Of a stretch of DNA of 64,000 nucleotides, positions 29,458 through 37,670 are shown in pieces. The translations under genes were made by a program, and so were the position numbers. The DNA lies in contig CAVYVF010000022.1 of the NCBI GenBank assembly GCA_963771885.1, positions 64,001 to 128,000 of the forward strand, read 5' to 3'. The notes under the pieces were generated by a model that saw only the letters and a list, made by a program, of their open reading frames with translations, was not told the origin of the DNA and did no database searches. The first letter of the stretch is position 1, and every line of letters starts with the position of its first letter. This DNA is from Candidatus Bathyarchaeota archaeon (GTDB lineage Archaea > Thermoproteota > Bathyarchaeia > TCS64).

Positions 29458-30621
29458 CTAGAGCGCCTTGAACTGGTCGAACCACTTGTCGTACTCCTTC
29501 ATCATCTCCTTGGAGACGCTTGGCTTGCGGTTCGTGATTGCGTGTTTGAAGTCACCCATCGATAAGGGTCTCGGCTTCTTCGTTGTGTTATCGGCCTCGC
29601 CCGACTCGAATAGCTCTCTGATGACCTCCTGGCGGACGACTTGGCAGATGTCCTTGATGTCACTGCCACTGTAGCCGTCCGTCAACTGCGTCAGTGTGTG
29701 GAAGTCCACGTCGCGCGTCATCTCAAGCTGCGCGCTGTTGAGCTCGAACATCTGTAGGCGCGTCGCGTAGTCGGGGAGTGGTATCATGACCCTCTTCTGG
29801 AACCTACGTATGAAGGCCCAATCCAGGTCCCACGGCTTGTTCGTCGCCGCGACGACGTATAGATGGTAGTTCTTGCCTTTGTCCTGGAGGCCGTCCATCT
29901 CCTTGAGGAACTGGTTCCTCATGCGGACCTCGCCTCCGACCTCATTCGTGTGTACGCCGAGGATGCTGTCCACCTCGTCTATGAATATTATTACGGGTTT
30001 GCCGCCCATGGCTGTGCGGCGTGCGCCGCCGAATATCTTAGCGACGTTCTGCTCCGCCGCGCCGAGCCACTTCGACATTATGTTGGCTGGATCAATCTGG
30101 ATGAAGTCGGCGTCGATCTCGTTTGCGACTGCCGCGGCGATGAGCGTCTTACCGCATCCGGGAGGACCGAACAGGAGCAGACCTCTCGACCACCCAAGTG
30201 GGAACAGGTCGGGGCGCTTCACTGGGTAGACTATGACCTCCTTGATCGCCTTCTTCGCGTCCTCGAGGCCGGCAACGTCGCCCCAGGTGATATTCGGTCT
30301 CTCTGAGGGCTCGACGTCATCCTCTTCGACCGATTGCTGTGAGCTGGTCTGCTTCGTCTCGAAGCTCGTGAACTTCTCGACCCCCATGTCCTCGCCGTCC
30401 TCCGACTTGAGTAGGCGGATGCGCTCCTGGTAGGTCGTAACCTTCTCGACGTAGAACTTGTTGAACGTGTAATCGGGGTAGAGCTTTATGAGGCGTGTGA
30501 GCTGCTCGACGGCGCGCTTGTAGGACTCGGTGGCCTTGTCCTTGTCGCCCATCTTGTCGTACTTGACGGCGTCGGCTGCGTACTTCATCGCCTCGTTCTC
30601 AAGCATTGTGGCGACGCTCAT
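29458..30621 (-). CDS. cdvC: Vps4/CdvC AAA+ ATPase with MIT domain
   Basis: N-terminal MIT (A..YA..AVKYDK.G...A...Y..A), GPPGCGKT, IFIDEVD, ATNKPWDLD, RRFQKR, C-terminal F.AL. Confidence 0.93.
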   Translation of the reverse strand: MSVATMLENEAMKYAADAVKYDKMGDKDKATESYKRAVEQLTRLIKLYPDYTFNKFYVEKVTTYQERIRLLKSEDGEDMGVEKFTSFETKQTSSQQSVEEDDVEPSERPNITWGDVAGLEDAKKAIKEVIVYPVKRPDLFPLGWSRGLLLFGPPGCGKTLIAAAVANEIDADFIQIDPANIMSKWLGAAEQNVAKIFGGARRTAMGGKPVIIFIDEVDSILGVHTNEVGGEVRMRNQFLKEMDGLQDKGKNYHLYVVAATNKPWDLDWAFIRRFQKRVMIPLPDYATRLQMFELNSAQLEMTRDVDFHTLTQLTDGYSGSDIKDICQVVRQEVIRELFESGEADNTTKKPRPLSMGDFKHAITNRKPSVSKEMMKEYDKWFDQFKAL

Positions 30622-31362
30622 GCTACAATCTCCTCCATCTTTAACGGTCCCTTAGCCCTGATCTGGTCGAGCATCTTAACGACGTCGTCGGATAGCATGC
30701 TCCAGTCGTTCATCTGTTCGGATGCCTGCGTTGTTCGAGTGGCGAATGTGGGCTCATAGCCATACGCTATGGCCTCTGCCTGCCTCGATGCGACCTTTGG
30801 CGCGACAGCGATCGGTGGCTCCGGGAAGCTCTCGTGGAGGCTATTCTCCACCATATTGCTGACCTCCTTCAGTATGTCCGCGCTTTCCTGGCTCTTGACG
30901 CTGAACATGCCGTCGAGTGAGGGTTGGCTGAAGTCGATCTTGGTCTGCATCAGCGTATCGCTGGCGACCTCGTTGAGCTGTTCTAGACCCGCGGCGAACT
31001 GGGGCATAACCTTCTGAACGTCCGCGCTGACCTCCCTGACGCACTCCGAGATGGGACGCATCTCCTGAACGACCTGGTAGAGGTCGAGGAAGTTCTCGAT
31101 GTCGGATTGTGATGCAGTCTATGGCGAGTTGGCTCTGCGTGATGATCTGTTTGACGTGACGTACTCTGCTGAGCTCGTTCGCATAGATCTGTGCGCGTGC
31201 AGTATCCTTTTTCTGAACCGCCTTGCCCACCATCTCGAACAAGGTCCTATCTCTCTCCCTGAGCTTCGAGTTGACTTGTTCGAGCCTCATGCTCTGGCGC
31301 TTTAGCTCGTTCACCGACTCGGGGGTGGGAAGGATACTCTGCCGGCGGTTCAGGATTCCCAA
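30618..31362 (-). CDS. cdvB: ESCRT-III/CdvB paralogue 2; frameshift near 31101
   Basis: RLEQVNSKLRERDRTLF...DTARAQIYANELSRVR; other frame continues IENFLDLYQVVQEMRPI...ESADILKE...FPEPP. Confidence 0.82.
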
Positions 31363-31441
31363 CTTGGCTATTCTCCTTTAACTTTGACTAGAATTGGGCC
31401 TTGTAACGCAGGTGCCATGCGCCCCCACCTGGGGGTAGCTG

Positions 31442-31488
31442 AAAAAAGAGGGAGAGGGGCGTGTATCCATACCTGATTCGCTCCCTCT
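31442..31488 (-). terminator. Hairpin plus U-tract after cdvB paralogue 1
   Basis: AGAGGGAG (31447-54) / CTCCCTCT (31481-88) inverted repeat followed on the minus strand by a T run. Confidence 0.45.
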
Positions 31489-32132
31489 TACACTCTGTCG
31501 CCTAGGCCTGTGCCTACCTTGCTCTGGCCGCCGGGCAGCTCGGGGAAGGTGTCCTTCATCCTCGACTCGGCGATGGTCTGGGCCTCGTCCAATATCTTGG
31601 CCGAGTCCTCGTTCACCGACTCGAAGTTGATGGTCATGCCTGTGACTGCGCCTGCGTCTACGACGATGCCGCTGAGGAGGTTACCGATCTCGCCCAACTC
31701 CTTCTCAGCCTGTGGGCTGATCGCTGCCATGCCGCTCTTGATGTCACCGATGACACCGACCACCGGGAGGAGGGTGACTGCTACGTCACCCAGCTCCGTG
31801 ACGGTCTTGAGGCGCAGCGTGATCTGCTCTAGGGCGAGCTTGGCGTGGAAGATCATCTTCTCCATCTTGCGGATCTCGGCGAGCTCATTGGCGAAGACGT
31901 TCGCGCGAGCCGTGTCGTGCTTCGCGTAGGCGTCGACGATCCTGTTGAATATCGTCTTGTCGCGCTCCTGGAAGCGGTTGCTCGCCTGGTCGAGACGCTG
32001 GATCTGCATCTCGATCCGCTTTGTGGCAGCGTCAAGGCGGGGCTTGAGGGGGCCCGGGGGCCTGACGGCGTCCTTTACCTTGGTGGAAAAGGACGGTTCA
32101 TCTTTTCTCTCCCATCTATTACCGAAGCTCAT
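31488..32132 (-). CDS. cdvB: ESCRT-III/CdvB (Snf7 family) paralogue 1
   Basis: PLKPRL...IQRLD...ERDKTIF...D.ARANVFANELAEIRKM...ALEQITLRL.TVTELGD...FPELP. Confidence 0.9.
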   Translation of the reverse strand: MSFGNRWERKDEPSFSTKVKDAVRPPGPLKPRLDAATKRIEMQIQRLDQASNRFQERDKTIFNRIVDAYAKHDTARANVFANELAEIRKMEKMIFHAKLALEQITLRLKTVTELGDVAVTLLPVVGVIGDIKSGMAAISPQAEKELGEIGNLLSGIVVDAGAVTGMTINFESVNEDSAKILDEAQTIAESRMKDTFPELPGGQSKVGTGLGDRV

Positions 32133-32398
32133 TATAGATTACGCTCGAAGATAGAAGAGCCCTGTAAACCGCATAGAAGTGTTGCATAGCGGATGTAAAG
32201 AAAGGTGCACTTTCACTCACTTTTACAGGTTCTTTTTGACGGTTAGTTGTAAGGACCTCTTTGGTATATGAGAGCAACTCTTACACATATAAATCAAAAC
32301 AACTTTTCATAGATAATCTGTTTTTAATGTTCTGAGCATTTTCTCATTACGTCAGTCTTAATATATAAAGTGGGCAATCCTTGAGCAAGGTAATTCGT

Positions 32399-32611
32399 AT
32401 GGCAGGTAGATGGACCGTTTTTGGCGTATTCGCCGTGCTCGGCTTCGTCGGGGGTATCCTCGCGAACTGGGCGTATAAGCAGGTGTTCCCGATGCTCGTC
32501 AGTATGTTCCCGGACCTCTTCACAGCGGAGTGGTTCCTATCGGGTGTCGGTGGCACAGTGCTCACGCTTCTGATTGTGGTCGTCTGGGCATCCTTCTCCC
32601 CCGATAAGTAA
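32399..32611 (+). CDS. Small two-helix membrane protein
   Basis: Two hydrophobic segments; TATA-like TATATAAA near 32362. Confidence 0.7.
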   Translation: MAGRWTVFGVFAVLGFVGGILANWAYKQVFPMLVSMFPDLFTAEWFLSGVGGTVLTLLIVVVWASFSPDK

Positions 32612-32702
32612 AGCGGCTGAAGGACCCAGTCTTTTTCCTCTTTTCGAGAGACTCGCAAATGTTTATTGCATCACCGCCTCTAGTCTCTCTGAGGTGCGGG
32701 GT

Positions 32703-33362
32703 ATGGATCGGATATCTCTTAGGCTCGACCTTCATGTCCACACCCGTGCCAGTGTCGACTCCGTGAACACGATCGGCGACATCAACGGTAGGTGTAGGGA
32801 GCTGTCGATGGATGGCTACGCTATATGTGACCATGACTCCACAGATTCTCTTGCTGAGGCATCCGCTTCCTCTATGGGACTCGTTGTCGTCCCGGGGCTC
32901 GAGGTCACGGCTCGTGGAGCCCATATCCTATGCCTTGACCCGAGTGACTCGATTCCGTCCCACCGCTCGATCGCCGAGACGGTTGAGAGGATACATGCAC
33001 AGGGGGCGACCGCAGTTCTAGCTCACCCCTTTGGGATCCCGAGGAGCTATGTCAGGTACGCGAATGTCGCAGGTGTTGGCTTTGATGCAGTCGAGACGGC
33101 GAACTCCGAGCAGGCGCCCTTCGAGACAGTGATGGGGTGGAACAGGGTACTCGCGGGTCGGCTCGGATTGCCGGAGACGGGTGGGAGTGACTCACACATC
33201 CCTGAGACTTTCGGGCGAAGTTATACAGTCGTCGAGTCTGCGTCACGTGATCCGGAGGACGTCATTCAAGCGATCAGGGATGGGCGGACGCGCGCCTTCG
33301 GTTCAGGGACGAGCCTCGGGGAGAGACTCGCCAAGATCTGGCGGGTTAATCACAAGGCGTAG
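32703..33362 (+). CDS. PHP domain phosphoesterase
   Basis: DLHVHT, CDHD, PGLEV, AHPF, GGSDSH. Confidence 0.9.
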   Translation: MDRISLRLDLHVHTRASVDSVNTIGDINGRCRELSMDGYAICDHDSTDSLAEASASSMGLVVVPGLEVTARGAHILCLDPSDSIPSHRSIAETVERIHAQGATAVLAHPFGIPRSYVRYANVAGVGFDAVETANSEQAPFETVMGWNRVLAGRLGLPETGGSDSHIPETFGRSYTVVESASRDPEDVIQAIRDGRTRAFGSGTSLGERLAKIWRVNHKA

Positions 33363-33363
33363 C

Positions 33364-34674
33364 ATGGCTTTTATCCACGTGCATATGGGTCTGTCTCGAA
33401 GAGCTTTGGCGAGGGTCTACGTCGAGGTCTATGGCTGCAGCGCCAACCAGGCTGACGCCGAGATAGCCTCGGGGCTCCTCGCTGAGGCGGGGCACACGCT
33501 CGTTGAGGCACCGGAAGATGCGGATGTTTCAGTAATTCTGACCTGCGTCGTCAAGACACCGACGGAGAGGAAGATTGTAAGGAGGCTCGGCGAGCTCCGA
33601 GGGAGGAAGATAGTCGTCGCCGGCTGCATGGGGAAGGCTCAGACGGGTCTCGTGGAGGAGTCGGCGCCGGGTGCCAGCGTGGTGGGCCCTGACGATGTAG
33701 CGAGGATACCTGAGGCGGTCGAGGCTGCGGTGTCTGGCGGCAGGGTCGTCTTCCTCAGCGGCTCCTCGCCGGACAGGACGTGTCTCCCCCGCGAGAGGCG
33801 GAGCGGACTCATTCACATAGCCCCTATCTCGGCGGGCTGCCTTGGGAACTGTGCCTACTGCATAGTCAAGGTGGCTCGGGGGAGGCTCTACTCCTTCCCC
33901 GTTGAGGGGATACTAGCGGATGCCCGCGCCGCGATTGCTTCTGGGTGCAAGGAGGTATGGGTGACGGCGGAGGACACCGCCGCCTACGATTACGAGGGCG
34001 TGAAGCTACCAGATCTCCTCCGAAGGCTCTGCGGGCTTGAGGGGGACTTTATGGTGCGTGTTGGCATGATGACGCCGAACTCCGCCCTCCCCATATTCGA
34101 TGACCTAGCCGACGCGTTCCGGCACGAGAAGGTGTTCAAGTTCCTTCACGCCCCAGTCCAGTCGGGTAGCGACGGGGTCCTAGCCAGGATGAGGAGGAGG
34201 TACACGGTCGCGGAGTTCAGGGAGCTTGTGACGAGGTTCAGAGAGGAGCTGCCTGGTGTGGGTGTCGCGACTGACATCATCTGTGGCTTCCCCGGCGAGA
34301 CCATTGAGCAGTTTGCGGAGTCGCTGCGCCTCGTCGAGTGGCTCCGCCCCGACATGCTGAATATAAACAGGTTCTGGCCCCGCCCCGGCACCGAGGCGGC
34401 GGCGATGGTGGATGGGTTTCCGAGCAGGGTGACGAAGGACAGGTCGCGTATCCTCGATGAGCTCTGGTGGAGGTTGAACGCGGACATTAATAGTGCCTGG
34501 GTGGGGTGGGAGGGAACCGTTTTCCTCGACAAGGTGGGTCACAGCGGCTTCAAGGAGGGGAGGACTGGCAGCTACAAGGCGGTCGTGGTGAAGACGCGGA
34601 GAAGGCTGGGCTCATGGGTTATGGTCAGGGTGACTGAGGCTGCGAAGGGCTACCTCGTCGCCGAGGAAGCCTAG
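33364..34674 (+). CDS. MiaB/MtaB-like tRNA methylthiotransferase (archaeal e-MtaB type)
   Basis: YGCSANQAD, TC.VK, VAGC, radical-SAM GCLGNCAYC, PVQSGS, TDIICGFPGET, C-terminal TRAM-like domain. Confidence 0.9.
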   Translation: MAFIHVHMGLSRRALARVYVEVYGCSANQADAEIASGLLAEAGHTLVEAPEDADVSVILTCVVKTPTERKIVRRLGELRGRKIVVAGCMGKAQTGLVEESAPGASVVGPDDVARIPEAVEAAVSGGRVVFLSGSSPDRTCLPRERRSGLIHIAPISAGCLGNCAYCIVKVARGRLYSFPVEGILADARAAIASGCKEVWVTAEDTAAYDYEGVKLPDLLRRLCGLEGDFMVRVGMMTPNSALPIFDDLADAFRHEKVFKFLHAPVQSGSDGVLARMRRRYTVAEFRELVTRFREELPGVGVATDIICGFPGETIEQFAESLRLVEWLRPDMLNINRFWPRPGTEAAAMVDGFPSRVTKDRSRILDELWWRLNADINSAWVGWEGTVFLDKVGHSGFKEGRTGSYKAVVVKTRRRLGSWVMVRVTEAAKGYLVAEEA

Positions 34675-34741
34675 TCGAGGACACTACTTGTCGATGCGAT
34701 TCTGGCTCTCCTTTATTAGAGGTGGGCGTATATCTCCGTGC

Positions 34742-34948
34742 ATGAGCGGAAGAGGGAGAACAGGAAGAGACCGCCCCCTTCACGGCGCAGTGGGCGGTAG
34801 GAAGTGCATCGACTGCACGAAGTACTCTCGTAAAACCCTCTACTGCACGAAGGAGCGCCGCGTGACGGCTGAGGGGAAGGAGGCATGCGTCTTCTTCGTC
34901 CCCCGCCACCAGGGGAAGAGCACGATGAGAAGGAAGCCAAAACCCTAG
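34742..34948 (+). CDS. Small basic 4-Cys protein (putative zinc-binding)
   Basis: CIDC-x9-C-x13-C, Arg/Lys rich, 68 aa. Confidence 0.5.
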   Translation: MSGRGRTGRDRPLHGAVGGRKCIDCTKYSRKTLYCTKERRVTAEGKEACVFFVPRHQGKSTMRRKPKP

Positions 34949-35136
34949 AGGCGAGGGCGTGGGTTTGGTCGACGGGTGAGCCAGAATGGGATAGCCCCCG
35001 TCGTCCACCCCTCGCCTCTGAGGCGCTCCGAGTGTTAATCGGTTAAAAGGATTTTTCAGATTCTCCCCTGATTCACGTCAGGATCGACGGGGGCTTCGCG
35101 ACCGCTTTTATTGGCGTTCCGTGCAGTATCCATGGA

Positions 35137-36084
35137 GTGTCCACGTTGGTCAAGGTCGCTGTTGTACAGGCTGCGCCTGTCCTCTTCGACAGGGAGGCGA
35201 GTACCGATAAGGTCTGCGCGTTGATCGCTGAAGCCTCGTCTCAGGGGGCTAGGCTGATTCTCTTCCCGGAGGCTTTCATACCCGTCTACCCTCGGGGACT
35301 CTCCTTCGGGATGGTCGTCGGGAGCAGGACTCCGGAGGGGAGGCAGATGTGGGGGAGGTACTGGGAGAACTCGGTGGATGTACCGGGGCCGGTCTGTGAC
35401 AGGATCGGCGAGGCGGCGCGCATCGCTGGTGCGTACGTCGCGGTCGGGGTCATGGAAAGGGATGGTGACTTCGGCGGGGGGACGCTCTACTGTTCCCTCC
35501 TCTACTTCGGCCCCGACGGACGGCTTCTGGGTAAGCATAGGAAGCTGAAGCCGACCGCCGCGGAGCGCCTCGTCTGGGGGGAGGGTGATGGGAGCACCCT
35601 TACTGTTGTAGACACCGAGTTCGGGCGCGTCGGTGGGCTGATCTGCTGGGAGAACTATATGCCCCTCGCCCGCGTTGCTATGTATGGTAAGGGGGTCTCG
35701 ATCTACTTGGCGCCGACGGCTGACGCGCGTGAGAGTTGGCAGGCGACGATGCGTCACATATCATTGGAGGGGCGATGTTTCGTTCTCGGGTGCAATCAGT
35801 ACGTTGAGAAGGGGATGTACCCTAAGGACCTTCCCGGGTCGGAGGAGCTGGCGAGGCAACCCGAAGTGATGTGCAGGGGAGGTAGCGTCGTCTACTCCCC
35901 ACTTGGCGAGGTCCTTGCGGGTCCGCTCTGGGATAGGGAGGGTATCCTTTACGCGGAGCTCGACCCCGGGATGGTCGGGAGGGCGAAGCTAGACTTCGAT
36001 GCGGTCGGGCACTATGCGCGGCCCGATGTCTTCCAGCTCACCGTCGACGAGCGCCCCAAGTTACCTGTGAGATATATGAAGTGA
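35137..36084 (+). CDS. Nitrilase / carbon-nitrogen hydrolase
   Basis: FPEAF, HRKLKPT..ER..WG.GDG, ICWENYMP. Confidence 0.92.
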   Translation: MSTLVKVAVVQAAPVLFDREASTDKVCALIAEASSQGARLILFPEAFIPVYPRGLSFGMVVGSRTPEGRQMWGRYWENSVDVPGPVCDRIGEAARIAGAYVAVGVMERDGDFGGGTLYCSLLYFGPDGRLLGKHRKLKPTAAERLVWGEGDGSTLTVVDTEFGRVGGLICWENYMPLARVAMYGKGVSIYLAPTADARESWQATMRHISLEGRCFVLGCNQYVEKGMYPKDLPGSEELARQPEVMCRGGSVVYSPLGEVLAGPLWDREGILYAELDPGMVGRAKLDFDAVGHYARPDVFQLTVDERPKLPVRYMK

Positions 36085-36315
36085 GTGTAGTGGATAGTTG
36101 CCCAAGCGGGCGCGTTACGTAGGCAAGTTATAATATCTAATGGAATTGGTGAAGAAGCTTAACCACGCTCTGCATAATGTATCTTTATTAATTGTGAAGA
36201 TTTGTTTTGCGAATTAACCTACTTCCCTTTTTATTAATTGCGCGTGCAAACAGGCGCAATCTCAGGTATTTTATTCGCGCTCTAATGGGAAAATTATTTA
36301 AAAAAAATGTGTTTT

Positions 36316-36567
36316 TTATTTTTTCTCGATATACGCTATGTTGTTAACTACAGAGACCTCGATCTGCTTACCCAATTCCCGTGCATCGATCCTCTTCTTC
36401 AACTGAGTACGAACGTAGTTAGCGTCCTTCCCCTTGATATCAACTTTCACAAGCTTAGACTTGCTGTCATAGAACTGGTCGATTATAGGATCGTACTTGC
36501 TTCCCTTCCGGTACCTTCTACTGGGTTTCTTCTCAACATCAATCAATTTGAATGATACATCAGCCAT
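36316..36567 (-). CDS. Small basic hypothetical protein (83 aa)
   Basis: GGAGTGA SD-like element upstream, clean ORF, T-tract downstream; KKPSRRYRKGSKYDPIID motif. Confidence 0.75.
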   Translation of the reverse strand: MADVSFKLIDVEKKPSRRYRKGSKYDPIIDQFYDSKSKLVKVDIKGKDANYVRTQLKKRIDARELGKQIEVSVVNNIAYIEKK

Positions 36568-37537
36568 CTTCTTTCACTCCATTTATGGATATCGAGATAG
36601 TTAATAAATATATATGATAATTCTTGATGATATAGAGATTAGTTACTCTCATTATTTAAGAGTAACTTTTTTTATTTCCACTTATAGTGGATTCCCTTCC
36701 CCCTTGGTCTGTTACATACTAAAACCCGATTAAAGCGCGCACGAAAGTCTTCAATACTCGTAGCAATTTTCTCTATACATGCGCGGTTGTGATGTAATGC
36801 TTGTATCATTTACTTTTTTTTAAGACCGTGCAGGCATCTAATGATAGCACTCATTTGCGCGTGCGTTAATATTAATAGATTGAAACCATGTTGCCATCAG
36901 GCGTAAGATATATAATAAATTCATCTTCTCTAAATATCTCAAGTCACTTACCTATTTCCTCCTGATCATATGCTACAATGGCACAAGTACCAGCAGCTGC
37001 GTGTGCCACGAGTTGCAATTCGGACGCGTGCGATCAATCTAGTAGTCCATGTTGGTCCAGGTTGTTCCGGCCTCGTGAATCGATTCGTCCAAGATTCCCT
37101 CGTTTCCTTTATCGTCTAAATTTCGTCCACTCGTCCAATCTCATCCAAGGCTACAGCTGCGATGCATGCATGCGTACATCAAAACGACATTAACTGTATC
37201 TCTCAGCTAGGGATGCGTTGACGCATGCTAGCTGAACGTGGAGGGTGCCCAGTCAACAGCTGGATGAAGGGAAACGGCTCAACAAGTGGACGCGTGATGA
37301 TTGGCGCGTGTACCTGTGGACAATTCGTTTACCTGTGGACCTGGCGGAGAAAATTGCATTGGGAAGAGAGGGAGCCGGAATCCGTCAGAATATAGGCGTT
37401 AATGCGAGAGCTTTCACTTAGGTTGGGTTTGAGTAATTTTACACTTTCTCAACGCAAATAGAACTTTTGTCAATAATATTGTCGAAATTGATCTTCACCT
37501 CGACGAGTGTCGACAAAAGGGGGCCCTGTTCAGTTAA

Positions 37538-37615
37538 TGGCGGGCCCGGTGGGATTTGAACCCACGACCCCAGACTTAGGAGGCCTGTGCTCTATCCGTG
37601 CTGAGCTACGGGTCC
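37538..37615 (-). tRNA. tRNA-Arg(CCT), intronless, CCA encoded
   Basis: GGACCCGTAGCTCAGCACGGATAGAGCACAGGCCTCCTAAGTCTGGGGTCGTGGGTTCAAATCCCACCGGGCCCGCCA; anticodon loop CT-CCT-AA. Confidence 0.95.
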
Positions 37616-37670
37616 GCGAACCCGCCTAACCTACTTACTGCCCCAATTTAAAAATAGCCCCAGAGCGAGG

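Noticed and set aside
36978..37193. 71-aa ORF in the AT-rich region
   Set aside because: No recognisable motif and atypical composition; it overlaps the repeat array and is probably spurious.
37041..37345. CRISPR array, SRP RNA or RNase P RNA
   Set aside because: Repeats are only 5-11 bp with no regular repeat-spacer period, and I found no SRP helix-8 or RNase P P4 signature on either strand.
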